Shown here: positions 28,333 to 38,573 of the stretch, in pieces
Layout of the letters: the number at the start of each line of letters is the position of its first letter
Numbering within the stretch: the stretch's first letter is position 1
Source of the DNA: Oligoflexia bacterium
GTDB taxonomy: Bacteria; Bdellovibrionota; UBA1018
Assembly (NCBI GenBank): GCA_963758495.1
Contig: CAVWVI010000004.1
Coordinates: forward strand, 512,001 to 576,000
Reading direction: 5' to 3'
DNA length: 64,000 bases
Translations under genes and position numbers: made by a program
The notes under the pieces: model-generated
What the model saw: the letters and a program-made list of their open reading frames with translations, nothing else
Told to the model about the DNA's origin: nothing
The model's database searches: none

Positions 28333-30879
28333 ATGTCTGATCTAAATCTAACCCGTCTTTCCGGTGTCGTTGAACGAGTGACATTTCACAACGCTGAAAA
28401 TGGCTGGTCTGTTTTAAAGGTAGCGCCCTTCAATGAACCCCATAAGCTCGTTACAGTACTCATTCATCAGGCAAAGGTCTTTGCGGGTAGCTCCATGGAG
28501 TTTTTTGGAAATTGGAATCACCACGCTAAACATGGAGAACAATTTAAAGCGGATCGTGCTGTCGAAAGAAAACCTGCTTCCAGCGCCGCCCTTGAAAAGT
28601 ACCTGGGCTCAGGCTTAATTAAAGGTGTAGGGCCGAAAACGGCAGCAAAAATAGTCAAATTTTTCAACGAAAAGACATTAGAAGTATTTGAAGAGCGAAT
28701 GGACGACCTCCTGGGAGTACCCGGCATCGCTGAAAAGAAACTCTTAGATATCAAAGCTTCATGGCAAGAGCACAAGGCCATTCGAGACGTCATGCTATTT
28801 CTACAAGGGCATGGAATCAGCACGCTATTTGCCGTCAAAATTTATAAAGCCTATGGTAATAACTCCATTCCTATTGTTTCAAAAAACCCATATCAGCTTG
28901 CGAAAGACATTTATGGGATCGGCTTTTTCTCGGCGGATAAAATCGCGCTCACTATGAGTTTTGAACGAGACGGAGGCCCGAGAATTGAAGCTGGAATTAA
29001 GCATGTCCTTTCCGCTTCGCGGGAAGAAGGTCACTGTTATTTAACAAAAGACCAAATCATTGAAAACACCACTGAGCTGCTTGGGATCAATGATTCAGAG
29101 AAAATTCAACTTCTCCTCGACTCACTCTTAAACAACAATGAGATCAAGAGACGCTCACTGGACGGCACTGAAGATCACAAGCGGTTAGCCTATTATTCAA
29201 ATTCCCTTTACTTTGATGAGCGCTATGTTGCCAATAGAGTGAAGCGATTTATTACGCGCACTTTGGAAGTAGACTGGGCTCGGGTAAAAACCTGGATTGA
29301 AAACTACTGTCAAAAACAAGAAATCACGTTAAGCCTCCAACAACAATCTTCAGTCATGGGTATTGTAGGTAAATCCTTCTCGATCCTGACAGGAGGGCCT
29401 GGTTGCGGAAAAACGACCACGACTCGAGTTCTGGTTAAATTATTGCAAGCTATGAATCAAAAAGTAATTCTAGCTGCACCTACGGGTAGAGCGGCCCAAC
29501 GAATGAGTGAAGTGATTGGCTCTGAAGCGAAAACGATTCATCGACTGCTCGAAGTGAATCCTGCTCAAGGAGGATTTAAAAAATGCGAGCAAGATCCGCT
29601 CGTCGTTGATTTTTTAATTGTGGATGAATGCTCCATGTTGGATATCAATTTGGCCGCAGCCCTTCTCAAGGCTGTACCCGAATCTGCCCAAGTCCTCTTG
29701 ATCGGTGACCCTGATCAATTACCTTCGGTAGGCGCAGGAAATGTGCTTTATGATCTTCTTCAAACTCAACAAGTACCGAGTTTCTGGCTGACTCAAGTTT
29801 TTCGCCAAGCGGAGGAATCTTTGATTATTCGATTTGCCCATCAAATCAATCAGGGACAGGTTCCTAAAATTGATTCCCCCTTTCATCAACCTCAGCTATG
29901 GAAAGAAAAAACTGGCTGTATTTTTATAGATGCGGAAGAGGCGACTCAAGATCAGATTCGTTTTCTTCAAAAAGCAAAACTTGCAATTCAAAGAACAATT
30001 CATGAAGGAGAAAAACAACTTGTACAAACGGGAGATCAAATTACTGGGATCATGAGCCGAGAAGACGACGATGAAATTAAAATAGAAAATCTTTTAATGC
30101 AGGAATTTAAAAACCAGGACGAAATCCATGCCCCCGTATTTTTAATTCCTGAAAAATTCAAGCACGTAGATCTTAAACGATTTCATCATGCCCAGGGAGA
30201 TTTAGAGAAACTTAAATCCATGATTAAGTCAGTTCATCCCTGGTCAGCCCTCCATTATGGTCTATCGGCTCTCGATGTTGTTTTACGGCTGTATACCAAA
30301 ACAATTCCTGAATATTTCGGACAAAATACTGAAATTCAAGTACTGACCCCTCAGATCCGTGGAACATTAGGAACACTCAACCTAAACCAATCGATCCAGA
30401 ATAAGATCAATCCGGAACGCCAAGGCGTGAAGCAGCTTAAATTTGGAGATCGGATTTATCGAGAAGGTGATCGTGTTATTCAAACTAGAAATAATTATGA
30501 TATGGGCGTATATAATGGAGATATTGGTAAAATCATAGAAATTGATTTAGAAAATTTCCAATGCTGCATTCAATTTGGAAAGCAAGCGCCAGTCATATAC
30601 GAGAAGGAAGACTTGACTGAGATCACCCTTGCCTATGGAATTACGATTCACAAATCACAAGGGAGTGAGTTCGATGCGGTCATTATTCCTGTAGCGACCC
30701 AACACTTCAAAATGCTTTTTAGAAATCTGATTTATACAGGGCTCACTCGAGCAAAGAAATTATGTGTGTTTGTAGGCAGCAGAAAAGCACTCTCCATGGC
30801 AGTTCGGCAAATCGATCATCGTAAGCGGCAGACGGCCCTGACTTCACTGATCGACATCAATACGATAGAGAGCAATTAA
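28333..30879 (+). CDS. recD2: RecD2-like ATP-dependent DNA helicase
   Basis: YLGSGLIKGVGP, GGPGCGKT, APTGRAA, DECSM, GDPDQLPSVG, TIHKSQGSE, YTGLTRAK. Confidence 0.93.
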   Translation: MSDLNLTRLSGVVERVTFHNAENGWSVLKVAPFNEPHKLVTVLIHQAKVFAGSSMEFFGNWNHHAKHGEQFKADRAVERKPASSAALEKYLGSGLIKGVGPKTAAKIVKFFNEKTLEVFEERMDDLLGVPGIAEKKLLDIKASWQEHKAIRDVMLFLQGHGISTLFAVKIYKAYGNNSIPIVSKNPYQLAKDIYGIGFFSADKIALTMSFERDGGPRIEAGIKHVLSASREEGHCYLTKDQIIENTTELLGINDSEKIQLLLDSLLNNNEIKRRSLDGTEDHKRLAYYSNSLYFDERYVANRVKRFITRTLEVDWARVKTWIENYCQKQEITLSLQQQSSVMGIVGKSFSILTGGPGCGKTTTTRVLVKLLQAMNQKVILAAPTGRAAQRMSEVIGSEAKTIHRLLEVNPAQGGFKKCEQDPLVVDFLIVDECSMLDINLAAALLKAVPESAQVLLIGDPDQLPSVGAGNVLYDLLQTQQVPSFWLTQVFRQAEESLIIRFAHQINQGQVPKIDSPFHQPQLWKEKTGCIFIDAEEATQDQIRFLQKAKLAIQRTIHEGEKQLVQTGDQITGIMSREDDDEIKIENLLMQEFKNQDEIHAPVFLIPEKFKHVDLKRFHHAQGDLEKLKSMIKSVHPWSALHYGLSALDVVLRLYTKTIPEYFGQNTEIQVLTPQIRGTLGTLNLNQSIQNKINPERQGVKQLKFGDRIYREGDRVIQTRNNYDMGVYNGDIGKIIEIDLENFQCCIQFGKQAPVIYEKEDLTEITLAYGITIHKSQGSEFDAVIIPVATQHFKMLFRNLIYTGLTRAKKLCVFVGSRKALSMAVRQIDHRKRQTALTSLIDINTIESN

Positions 30880-30895
30880 AGAATCGAGCGGATTT

Positions 30896-32089
30896 ATGAC
30901 GAAACGAAAAATTATTCTTAGAACAGCCGGGAGAACAAGCGCACACGTCTCTTCTCGAGCACTTATTTTAGTCGATTCGAATCGCCTGAAAGCCGAAGAG
31001 CAAAAAAAGTGTCAAAAACTTTATCAAACATTGGAATCTGCTCGAAAGGCAGTCGAAATTCATGAATCTCAAAGTGTGCCTGAGTTTCAAAAATGGCTTC
31101 ATTCGACCTTTGGAAAACAACTCACTACCCTTCGAGAACTCACTCATAAAGTCATGGAGTTAGAAAACCTGATTGAAGCGGTGGAAGAGCAAAGCCTGAT
31201 GAGCGGTACTCCTCCGTGGAAAGCTTACGAAACCCTCCTTAAATATAAGGCGAGGGCCGAAAAAATCGAAGAAGACCCACTCTTTTCGTCTGAATCCGAA
31301 TCTCAAAGTGAGGAATCTAAAGAAGAACTTTTTCGATCTGCATTCGAATCCTTTTTCGGAACAAAAAAGCAGTGGAAATCCAGACATCAAGCTTACGGAG
31401 AAACTGACACAGAAACCTACGAAGAAGCCTTCGAGAGGTTTAAGAAGGAAATCGAGGGCGCTGAAGCTGAAGAGGAACCTCGTTTTGAACGCAGTCAAAA
31501 CGGTTTCAAAGAAAAACCCCATGAACCCAAATTACCCCCTGAATCTTCAACTCAAACAAAGACCTCAAATACTCGCGTAAAAGAATACTATCGCTCCCTT
31601 GCCAGAAAACTCCATCCTGATCTCAACCCAGGACTTGAACCCAAAAAACTTGAACTTTGGCATCAAGTCCAAGAGGCATACGAAGCCCATGATCTATCTA
31701 GGCTCGAAGCTTTGGCAGCCTTAAGTGAGATGTTTGAGCAAAGTTGGAATAAGATAGAAGGAATCTCTACTCTCAGGCATTTATTCCAAGAACTAAAAAG
31801 AACTCTGAAACAATTTGAAAAAAAGATCCGCTTAGCAAGAAAAGATAAATCCTGGAAATTTAATGAAACTATGAAATACCCACAACAGCTCAAAGCTCTA
31901 AAAAGTCAGATTGCAAATGAGCTTAATTTTGAACAATTGAAGCTTACGGATCATCAAGACGAATTACAATCCATCATTGATTCGTGGTCAAAACCTTCTA
32001 AAAAAAGAAAACGAAGTCGAGCTGAACGGGACCTTAAAATAGACGGCAATTTGAGTGAATTTGAGATATTTTCTGAACTTTTTCGCTAA
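30896..32089 (+). CDS. Coiled-coil protein with internal J-domain
   Basis: YRSLARKLHPDLN (HPD motif) followed by WHQVQEAY. Confidence 0.8.
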   Translation: MTKRKIILRTAGRTSAHVSSRALILVDSNRLKAEEQKKCQKLYQTLESARKAVEIHESQSVPEFQKWLHSTFGKQLTTLRELTHKVMELENLIEAVEEQSLMSGTPPWKAYETLLKYKARAEKIEEDPLFSSESESQSEESKEELFRSAFESFFGTKKQWKSRHQAYGETDTETYEEAFERFKKEIEGAEAEEEPRFERSQNGFKEKPHEPKLPPESSTQTKTSNTRVKEYYRSLARKLHPDLNPGLEPKKLELWHQVQEAYEAHDLSRLEALAALSEMFEQSWNKIEGISTLRHLFQELKRTLKQFEKKIRLARKDKSWKFNETMKYPQQLKALKSQIANELNFEQLKLTDHQDELQSIIDSWSKPSKKRKRSRAERDLKIDGNLSEFEIFSELFR

Positions 32090-32118
32090 CAGATCTTCTT
32101 CGCAACAAGGATCCTCAG

Positions 32119-32667
32119 TTATTTCACCCAATATTTTATATACTCGTCTTCATACGCAAGCCGATTCCGATCTTGAGGTAAAATATGATCTAAATAAAGC
32201 GAGCCTTGAAGATGATCCAATTCATGCTGAAAAACAGTCGATAAAAACCCTTTCACTACTAAAGACCGTTTCTGGGCATCAGAATCCAAATAATCCACCT
32301 GAATTTTTCTAGGTCTCCTCACAAATCCCCTCAATCCAGGCACCGAGAGACAGCCTTCCCAATATCCGCTCTTTTTTTCATCTAGAACTTTAATTTTAGG
32401 ATTAAATAAAATTAAAAGCGGCTGCGCTAAGGATTTCAAGAGATGGTGATATCGGGGATTATCGGAATCAAATTCTATCACCGCTAATTGCAATGATTGA
32501 TTCACTTGAGGAGCCGCTAAGCCAATCCCTTTGGCGTAATGCATGGTCTCAATCATGCTATCTACCAGTTGCCGAATTTTCGCAGACCGAATTTCTGCGG
32601 GCGCGAGCTTACGTGCTTTTTTTCTTAAAACTGGATTTCCCATTCGAACGATATTTAAGATAGCCAT
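32119..32667 (-). CDS. def: Peptide deformylase
   Basis: GIGLAAPQV, EGCLS, QHELDHLQG. Confidence 0.96.
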   Translation of the reverse strand: MAILNIVRMGNPVLRKKARKLAPAEIRSAKIRQLVDSMIETMHYAKGIGLAAPQVNQSLQLAVIEFDSDNPRYHHLLKSLAQPLLILFNPKIKVLDEKKSGYWEGCLSVPGLRGFVRRPRKIQVDYLDSDAQKRSLVVKGFLSTVFQHELDHLQGSLYLDHILPQDRNRLAYEDEYIKYWVK

Positions 32668-32779
32668 TTTTTTCCCTATACATGAAGCTCACTGACTACC
32701 TAATAAGGAGGTAGCCTCTCTATTTCAGGATATTTGAAGGCCGCGAGTCCCACTACCACTTTATGTGGTGAGCAGCTTT

Positions 32780-32806
32780 TAATTCTTATAATTCTTATAA
32801 TTCTTA
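32780..32806. repeat. 9-bp tandem repeat (TAATTCTTA)x3 just 3' of the tRNA
   Basis: Read directly from the sequence. Confidence 0.85.
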
Positions 32807-32821
32807 TAATTATTGTAAAAA

Positions 32822-32899
<78 letters not shown>

Positions 32900-33008
32900 A
32901 ATCTTTGATTTTTTTAACAGCAGGAAAGCATATACAACTACTCACCACTTCGTAGCTATCAAAAAGTGCAAAAGAGAGTATAAAATTATTTACCCCCCCT
33001 GTAAACCG

Positions 33009-34142
33009 CTATCCCAGCCACCGCATCCGCATTCCCTCGACAGACAACCCAGGGCCCATCGTGATCAAAGCACCCACTTCATTGGGAACTACCGGCCTTT
33101 CTAAAATAGATCTTTGAAGAACAAAAGCCACGGTAGGAGATGACATATTTCCATATTCCCTGAGAATAGATCTTGAGTAATTTAATTCAGTATTCCACTT
33201 TTCTGAATCTCTAGAAAGGGCGTCTCCCATCAAATCTAAAATCCTTTTACCTCCTGGATGAACCGCTACTCGAGAATTCTCGTCTAACTCCAAAAGTTTT
33301 ATCATTTGAAGCGCCAAGGGTACGATTCGATCTGGGATCTCGGAGGAAAGACGAACTTTCAGTCGACCTTGCTTTTGATTAAATCCCATATCAAAAAGAT
33401 AGCGCCCATCTCTGAGAGTTCGAAATCCTTCAATTTCAGCAACAGGCCCTCGGTTTTGATCAGCTCGGTTTTGATCAGCTCGGTTGAGATCGACCCGGTT
33501 TAGGTCGGCCCGGTTGAGATCGAATTGAGAAATATCTTCTTTTCTCGAGCTGAGAATGACCGCAGCAGCCCCATCTCCAAAAAGTGCGTTTCCGAGCGCA
33601 GTCTCTGGATCGTGATCAATCCAGTAAGTTGCAGAGCAAATTTCTGCTGATACAACGAGTGCCCTTAATCCTGGCCGAGCCGTTAAGTGATCCCACGCTC
33701 TTTCTATTGCAGGAACTAAGGAGCTACAGCCCATACCCAACAAATTTGCAGTGGGGCGATCCTCAGGCATACCCAGCGTGTATGCGAGTTCGACTGAGTA
33801 TCCTGGACAAGTATAGCCTGTGCAGGATGAGAAAACGATAAAATCCAAATCGCTCCCTTGAAGACCCGCTTTCTCTAATGCTTCTCGAGCCACTGGAGGT
33901 ACGATTTCCCGAATTCCAGAAATATAGCGGGAATGAAAATCATCGGGATCAGTAGTAGGATTATAATTTTTTTCAGATAACCACATGGCTCGACGATTCA
34001 CTCCCACTGCTCTAAAAACAGCCTGAATTCTATGACGCTCTTCGGGTGGAAAGGTTTCGTAGCCCGCATATTGAAATAATTCTTTTTGAGAAAATACTCG
34101 AGGGGGAGTCCGAGTCGCAGATGATAGCCAATAAACGCTCAT
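33009..34142 (-). CDS. Type III polyketide synthase
   Basis: Cys-His-Asn triad GMGCSS, VHPGG, YGNMSSPT; LFGDGAAA; MGPGLSVE. Confidence 0.92.
   Translation of the reverse strand: MSVYWLSSATRTPPRVFSQKELFQYAGYETFPPEERHRIQAVFRAVGVNRRAMWLSEKNYNPTTDPDDFHSRYISGIREIVPPVAREALEKAGLQGSDLDFIVFSSCTGYTCPGYSVELAYTLGMPEDRPTANLLGMGCSSLVPAIERAWDHLTARPGLRALVVSAEICSATYWIDHDPETALGNALFGDGAAAVILSSRKEDISQFDLNRADLNRVDLNRADQNRADQNRGPVAEIEGFRTLRDGRYLFDMGFNQKQGRLKVRLSSEIPDRIVPLALQMIKLLELDENSRVAVHPGGKRILDLMGDALSRDSEKWNTELNYSRSILREYGNMSSPTVAFVLQRSILERPVVPNEVGALITMGPGLSVEGMRMRWLG
33450..33524. repeat. Five 15-bp in-frame repeats in the PKS (DLNRA/DQNRA)
   Basis: TCGGTTTTGATCAGC x2 plus three degenerate units. Confidence 0.85.
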
Positions 34143-34157
34143 TCAGAGATCTCCTCT

Positions 34158-35387
34158 TCAACTGGGCCAGAGGACTTTTCCCCAAAACAAGGGAGATAAG
34201 ACCTTCCAAGTGGATAAACGATCCGCCACGGTTTCTGCTAAAGTGTGCCTAAGTTCGGGCTTCCTTCCGAGCTGCCCAATAGCATAATCTGCAACTCTCG
34301 AGTACGGTAAAAGCTTCTGTAACCCAAAACAAAATAACTCCTCTGGCCGAAATACTTTGGAATGCCAACGTTCGTATTGATCTAATGCTTTTGCGATTCC
34401 ATGCTTTTCCATTCCATACTGATTGAGCTTCTCGCTGAGTTCATCAGCGGAAACTAAAGCATGATAAAGCCCTTCTCCTGTAAACGGGTCAATGAATCCT
34501 GCGCTATCACCGACTAATACGCATCGATCTCCCACCGGCTTTTGGGGTATCCAAGCCATAGAGGACACGGTCCACATTTGATTTGAATGGGGGCGAGTTC
34601 CCTTCATTTTGCTGAGCAGCGGAGGGGGTGCATATTTTCCAGTCACATGCTCCGTTAAAAATGAAAATAATCCTGAACTTCCTCGACCCGAAAGCCGAGC
34701 CTTTAAAAGCGCAGGAGAAAGGACTGCAATCACTCCTAAAATTCCTCCAGGTAGTGGATTTAATCCAACATACCCCCATGGCGCGACATACATTTCTACC
34801 CCCAGAATGGGCACCTGTGGCATGGTAAAATGCCCCATGACCGCTGCATGCTGGAGAGAATGTTTTCGGGTAGTCCCCATCCCGAGCTGACGAGCTATAG
34901 CAGAATTTCTACCATCCGCCCCCACTAAAAAATCAGTAAAATAGCTTCTCCCATCACGGCAATGAACAACAAATCCCTCCGGACGCCTCTCAACCTGACT
35001 CACTGTAACGCCTAACTCAACTTTAACCCCTAAGGCTAAAGCCGAATCCAACAAGGCTTGATCTAAAATGGCTCTTTGAATGGTAAAAGGCTTTTCACTT
35101 CCAAATTCTAGAGAACAACGAGACCCAAAGGGACCTACTAAAGTAATTCCTTCAAGCTCTTGAATTGATGCACTCGGAATTCGAGACAAAGCCCCGAATT
35201 TTACAAGTAAATTTCGACTAGGCGGACTGAGACATTCTCCACAAATCTTTTGCTCAATTTGATCTCTCCGCTCTAGAAGGGTCACTTTCCATCCCTTGCG
35301 AGCCAGAGATAACGCAGTACTCGATCCCGCTGGACCAAAGCCAACAACAAGACATTCTTTTGAAGGGGAATGGGATCGTATTGTCAC
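34158..35387 (-). CDS. FAD-dependent oxidoreductase (GGR/halogenase-like) beside the PKS
   Basis: GFGPAG, KICGECLSP, GADGRNS, VGDSAGFIDPFTGEG. Confidence 0.9.
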   Translation of the reverse strand: MTIRSHSPSKECLVVGFGPAGSSTALSLARKGWKVTLLERRDQIEQKICGECLSPPSRNLLVKFGALSRIPSASIQELEGITLVGPFGSRCSLEFGSEKPFTIQRAILDQALLDSALALGVKVELGVTVSQVERRPEGFVVHCRDGRSYFTDFLVGADGRNSAIARQLGMGTTRKHSLQHAAVMGHFTMPQVPILGVEMYVAPWGYVGLNPLPGGILGVIAVLSPALLKARLSGRGSSGLFSFLTEHVTGKYAPPPLLSKMKGTRPHSNQMWTVSSMAWIPQKPVGDRCVLVGDSAGFIDPFTGEGLYHALVSADELSEKLNQYGMEKHGIAKALDQYERWHSKVFRPEELFCFGLQKLLPYSRVADYAIGQLGRKPELRHTLAETVADRLSTWKVLSPLFWGKVLWPS

Positions 35388-35436
35388 GAAAATACCTGCT
35401 TGAACTTCTCTGTTCCTACGAGTAGATTCGCCTTAT

Positions 35437-35691
35437 ATGTCAACGACCCCGTTTAACAAAGAGAAATTTAAAGAGAAATTTAACGAAAAATATAAAGACA
35501 AATACCTCCAAATCTTAAAGTCAGAAGGAATTTCCAAAGCCCTCACACAACTTCAGAAAGATACAGATGCGTGGGAATTAGAATCTTTTGAGGGAGATCA
35601 AGGCTATCAACCTGAAATGTGGAAGCAACTTGAATTCGTGCGGACTTTTTCACGAGAGTTGTGGGAATTAGCGTTACAAACAGAAAAGTAA
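35437..35691 (+). CDS. Hypothetical protein
   Basis: Clean intergenic ORF with helical composition. Confidence 0.6.
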   Translation: MSTTPFNKEKFKEKFNEKYKDKYLQILKSEGISKALTQLQKDTDAWELESFEGDQGYQPEMWKQLEFVRTFSRELWELALQTEK

Positions 35692-35724
35692 ATGAGCGTC
35701 AAGCCGTGAATTAATGCCCCGACT

Positions 35725-36165
35725 CTAAAGAGTCGGTATTCTCTTCGTTTTAACAATTCCTTTTTTTTCAAGCTTCCTTGTCGCATCAATCATTTTCATT
35801 TGCCCGCCTCCTATTTGAGTCAGTGTTGCGTTGGGCATTTCCAAATATTCTTTTATATCAGCCGCTACACGAGGGGTCGCTTTGGATAAAAAGCGATCCT
35901 TGATTTCCTGGCTAGCTGCATGAATGGCATAACCCGTAAATTGCGGAGGCACCTGCGCTAAAACTTCCGCCAATTCCATATCTGAAAGCTTCAAGACGTC
36001 TTCAAACGTCAACATGTATTCGAGGGCTTTCTTAGTATAGTCCTCATCTTCTTGCATCCCGACATCTATCATTTTTTGACGTCGCACCGAGGGAGTACTC
36101 TCAAGAAGTTCAACCAATTGTCTAAGGCCGTCAGGATTTTTTTTAAATCTGGTATAGACACCCAT
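35725..36165 (-). CDS. Stand-alone FliG C-terminal-domain protein
   Basis: MLTFEDVLKLSD...Q.KMI..TRKLEKKGIV pattern. Confidence 0.75.
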   Translation of the reverse strand: MGVYTRFKKNPDGLRQLVELLESTPSVRRQKMIDVGMQEDEDYTKKALEYMLTFEDVLKLSDMELAEVLAQVPPQFTGYAIHAASQEIKDRFLSKATPRVAADIKEYLEMPNATLTQIGGGQMKMIDATRKLEKKGIVKTKRIPTL

Positions 36166-36200
36166 AAAATTTAATTCCTTTTATGTTATTATAAACAAAA

Positions 36201-36548
36201 ATGAATAAATCCCAAGCTTCAATAAAAAATAAAGATAATATAAAGATTTTGAGATGGGAAAAACTTTCCCCATTAACCCAAGAAGAGGCTGAAGCACGGT
36301 TACACCAGGAAGGTTACCAATCCTTTTGCTGGTATGATGTCCCTGGAGTCATTTATCCCAAACATAAACACACTGATGATGAATGCATCTGGGTCCTGAG
36401 AGGAGTGATCCAATTCGCAATCCAAGATGAGAACTATGTAATGGAGAGTGGAGACCGTATTTATCTTCCAGCAAATACTCCTCACACTGCCACAGTACCT
36501 CCCTCCCAAGGAGTTACATTTTTAGTTGGGCAAAAGAAAATAAAATAA
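36201..36548 (+). CDS. Cupin domain protein
   Basis: YPKHKH..DE.IWVLRG; GDRIYLPANTPH. Confidence 0.85.
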   Translation: MNKSQASIKNKDNIKILRWEKLSPLTQEEAEARLHQEGYQSFCWYDVPGVIYPKHKHTDDECIWVLRGVIQFAIQDENYVMESGDRIYLPANTPHTATVPPSQGVTFLVGQKKIK

Positions 36549-36554
36549 TTTTCA

Positions 36555-37130
36555 TCAATCTTCGAAACTCTCACCTATTTTTGGAATTCCACCTATTTGT
36601 AAACTCACCCCCAGCTGGATGCCCCACTGAAAGAGAGTATCGTAGGGAAACCCAATGCGAAAAGCCCAAGCACCATCATTATCAAAACGAAAAATGCGCA
36701 AGGCGAGGAATGGATCAATTCGAAAATGAACAGGATAAGTGAAAACACCCAGAGATTCACCCGGATAATTAAAACTGGGTGCGACCACATCAGTCCCTAG
36801 ACCTACTCCGATTGCATTGACAAACCAGAGTACACCTTCAATACCCCCGTGGAAGTCGAGTCGTTTCAATGGGGAAAATCCACCGAATTGAACGCCAAAT
36901 CTCGGTCCAATCCAAAAGCCGTGATCTTCAATCGGCGAAAACAGATAGGCGCCTTCAAACTCCGCACCCAGGAGAGACGGATTGACACTCACCCAGGAGC
37001 CAGTGAACTGCACAGTTCCAGATCCATTGGATTTAAACTCATCACAAAAACCCACATGGGTCAGGTGAACAACAAGAAGTAAAACGACAGCTAAAAAAGA
37101 GACCGACGTAATATATTTTTTATAATTCAT
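36555..37130 (-). CDS. Hypothetical small outer-membrane beta-barrel-like protein
   Basis: Signal peptide; Gly/aromatic alternating strands. Confidence 0.55.
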   Translation of the reverse strand: MNYKKYITSVSFLAVVLLLVVHLTHVGFCDEFKSNGSGTVQFTGSWVSVNPSLLGAEFEGAYLFSPIEDHGFWIGPRFGVQFGGFSPLKRLDFHGGIEGVLWFVNAIGVGLGTDVVAPSFNYPGESLGVFTYPVHFRIDPFLALRIFRFDNDGAWAFRIGFPYDTLFQWGIQLGVSLQIGGIPKIGESFED

Positions 37131-37629
37131 TTTTCACTTCATGAGGTTTCACAATCGAAACCGTTCCCGCAATTAAATCATGGAGAGCTCTTTTTTCAGG
37201 ATGAAATGCTGCCATCAAAAATCCTGCTCCTAAGGGTAAATAAGATAAAATATAACCCAAACAACGAATCAATGATTGACGCAACGTAATCGGAGAAAGA
37301 TCTACCATAGAAACAACATAAATTCTAAGGACTCGCTTCCCTAGTGTTGTGCCATACCGGTAAGTCAGCCAGGTGTAGTAACCTAACGAAAGAAGTGCCC
37401 GAAGAACTCCAAATATAATTTGAAATCGAAATGGATCAATCGCCTCATAAAAGGACGTCACTCCACCTTGAGTTCCTGAATGAGATAGAATACCTATCCA
37501 GAAAAGAACTCCTACTCCCATCAACTCAAGTAAAATAGCCGCACTATCCAATATTAAACTATCTATGAAATCGGCAATTGCCCGGATCCAAAACCCTGCG
37601 TACTTTGTTTGATTATCCATATCTCTCAT
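37120..37629 (-). CDS. RDD family protein
   Basis: YAGFWIRAIADFID, GTTLGK, KRALHDLIAGT. Confidence 0.92.
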   Translation of the reverse strand: MRDMDNQTKYAGFWIRAIADFIDSLILDSAAILLELMGVGVLFWIGILSHSGTQGGVTSFYEAIDPFRFQIIFGVLRALLSLGYYTWLTYRYGTTLGKRVLRIYVVSMVDLSPITLRQSLIRCLGYILSYLPLGAGFLMAAFHPEKRALHDLIAGTVSIVKPHEVKNEL

Positions 37630-37739
37630 TCATACTTCGAATTTAACTCTTCTTGTCAACGAAGTTTCGTGACCTTGCCGTAATTACTAGCAGCCGGCAT
37701 AACATTTGCTCAAAGCTCTACTCGCGGAGGAATTGAAAA

Positions 37740-38573
37740 ATGAGCTTTAGCTTCCAAGGATGGTATCGTTTTCGGGGAGTCCTCTCGAGTACATTGATTT
37801 TTAATACGTTGGTTTTTTCTTTGAATACTTTGGCTTCGATGCCCGAGAAAGATTACAAAGCAGCTCTGCAAGTGGCAGAAGCTAAAGTCGTGAAAAAAGC
37901 ATCAGCCCTGAATCAGGCTCAAGCACTCTCAGCATCCATGATTAAGCAGTTATTCGGCCGTTATTACCAAGTCGGCGATAGTTGGGATGTCGCGGCGTGG
38001 CCGATGAATCATGCCACGATGCGTATGACGAGTGATCCGGTTCAACTTCAAAATAAATTGGGCAAAGGGGGCTTATTTCATTATGAAGTGGTTGAAGTAA
38101 AATCCGGCACTGTTCCTCAAGTGATTTTGCAAGTCACGCAAGTTCAATCTAATGATTTTACAATTGTAGACCCTAAAATTACGCGACTGATGCTCACTAT
38201 GAATGATCAATTCGCTCAAAGTAAGAAAGTTTATTTTTTTCAGAATCAGACTTCGGGTGTCGAGGTTTCTCCTGAAGGAGTTCACTCTCGAGTCACTTCT
38301 TTAGAACTTTTTCCTCTCGATGTTCCTGATGTCGTCACAGCAGATCGCCACACACATCCGTCACTCCCCACTCTTCCTCCTCAAGTGCTTCCTTTTGCAG
38401 AACGAATTCATTTCAAACCGAATCTTTCGCATTGCTTATGGTTTGAACAAGATGATTTCTTCGGACGCCCTGTTCAGATCCTTTGGCAAAAGGGTGATCC
38501 GTGGCCAACCTATTTTAAAACCTCGGGTGGGATAGCCCTCCTCGTTCAGAATGGACACATGGAGGGCTTATGA
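37740..38573 (+). CDS. Hypothetical secreted protein
   Basis: Signal peptide; ATGA-coupled to the next gene. Confidence 0.7.
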   Translation: MSFSFQGWYRFRGVLSSTLIFNTLVFSLNTLASMPEKDYKAALQVAEAKVVKKASALNQAQALSASMIKQLFGRYYQVGDSWDVAAWPMNHATMRMTSDPVQLQNKLGKGGLFHYEVVEVKSGTVPQVILQVTQVQSNDFTIVDPKITRLMLTMNDQFAQSKKVYFFQNQTSGVEVSPEGVHSRVTSLELFPLDVPDVVTADRHTHPSLPTLPPQVLPFAERIHFKPNLSHCLWFEQDDFFGRPVQILWQKGDPWPTYFKTSGGIALLVQNGHMEGL

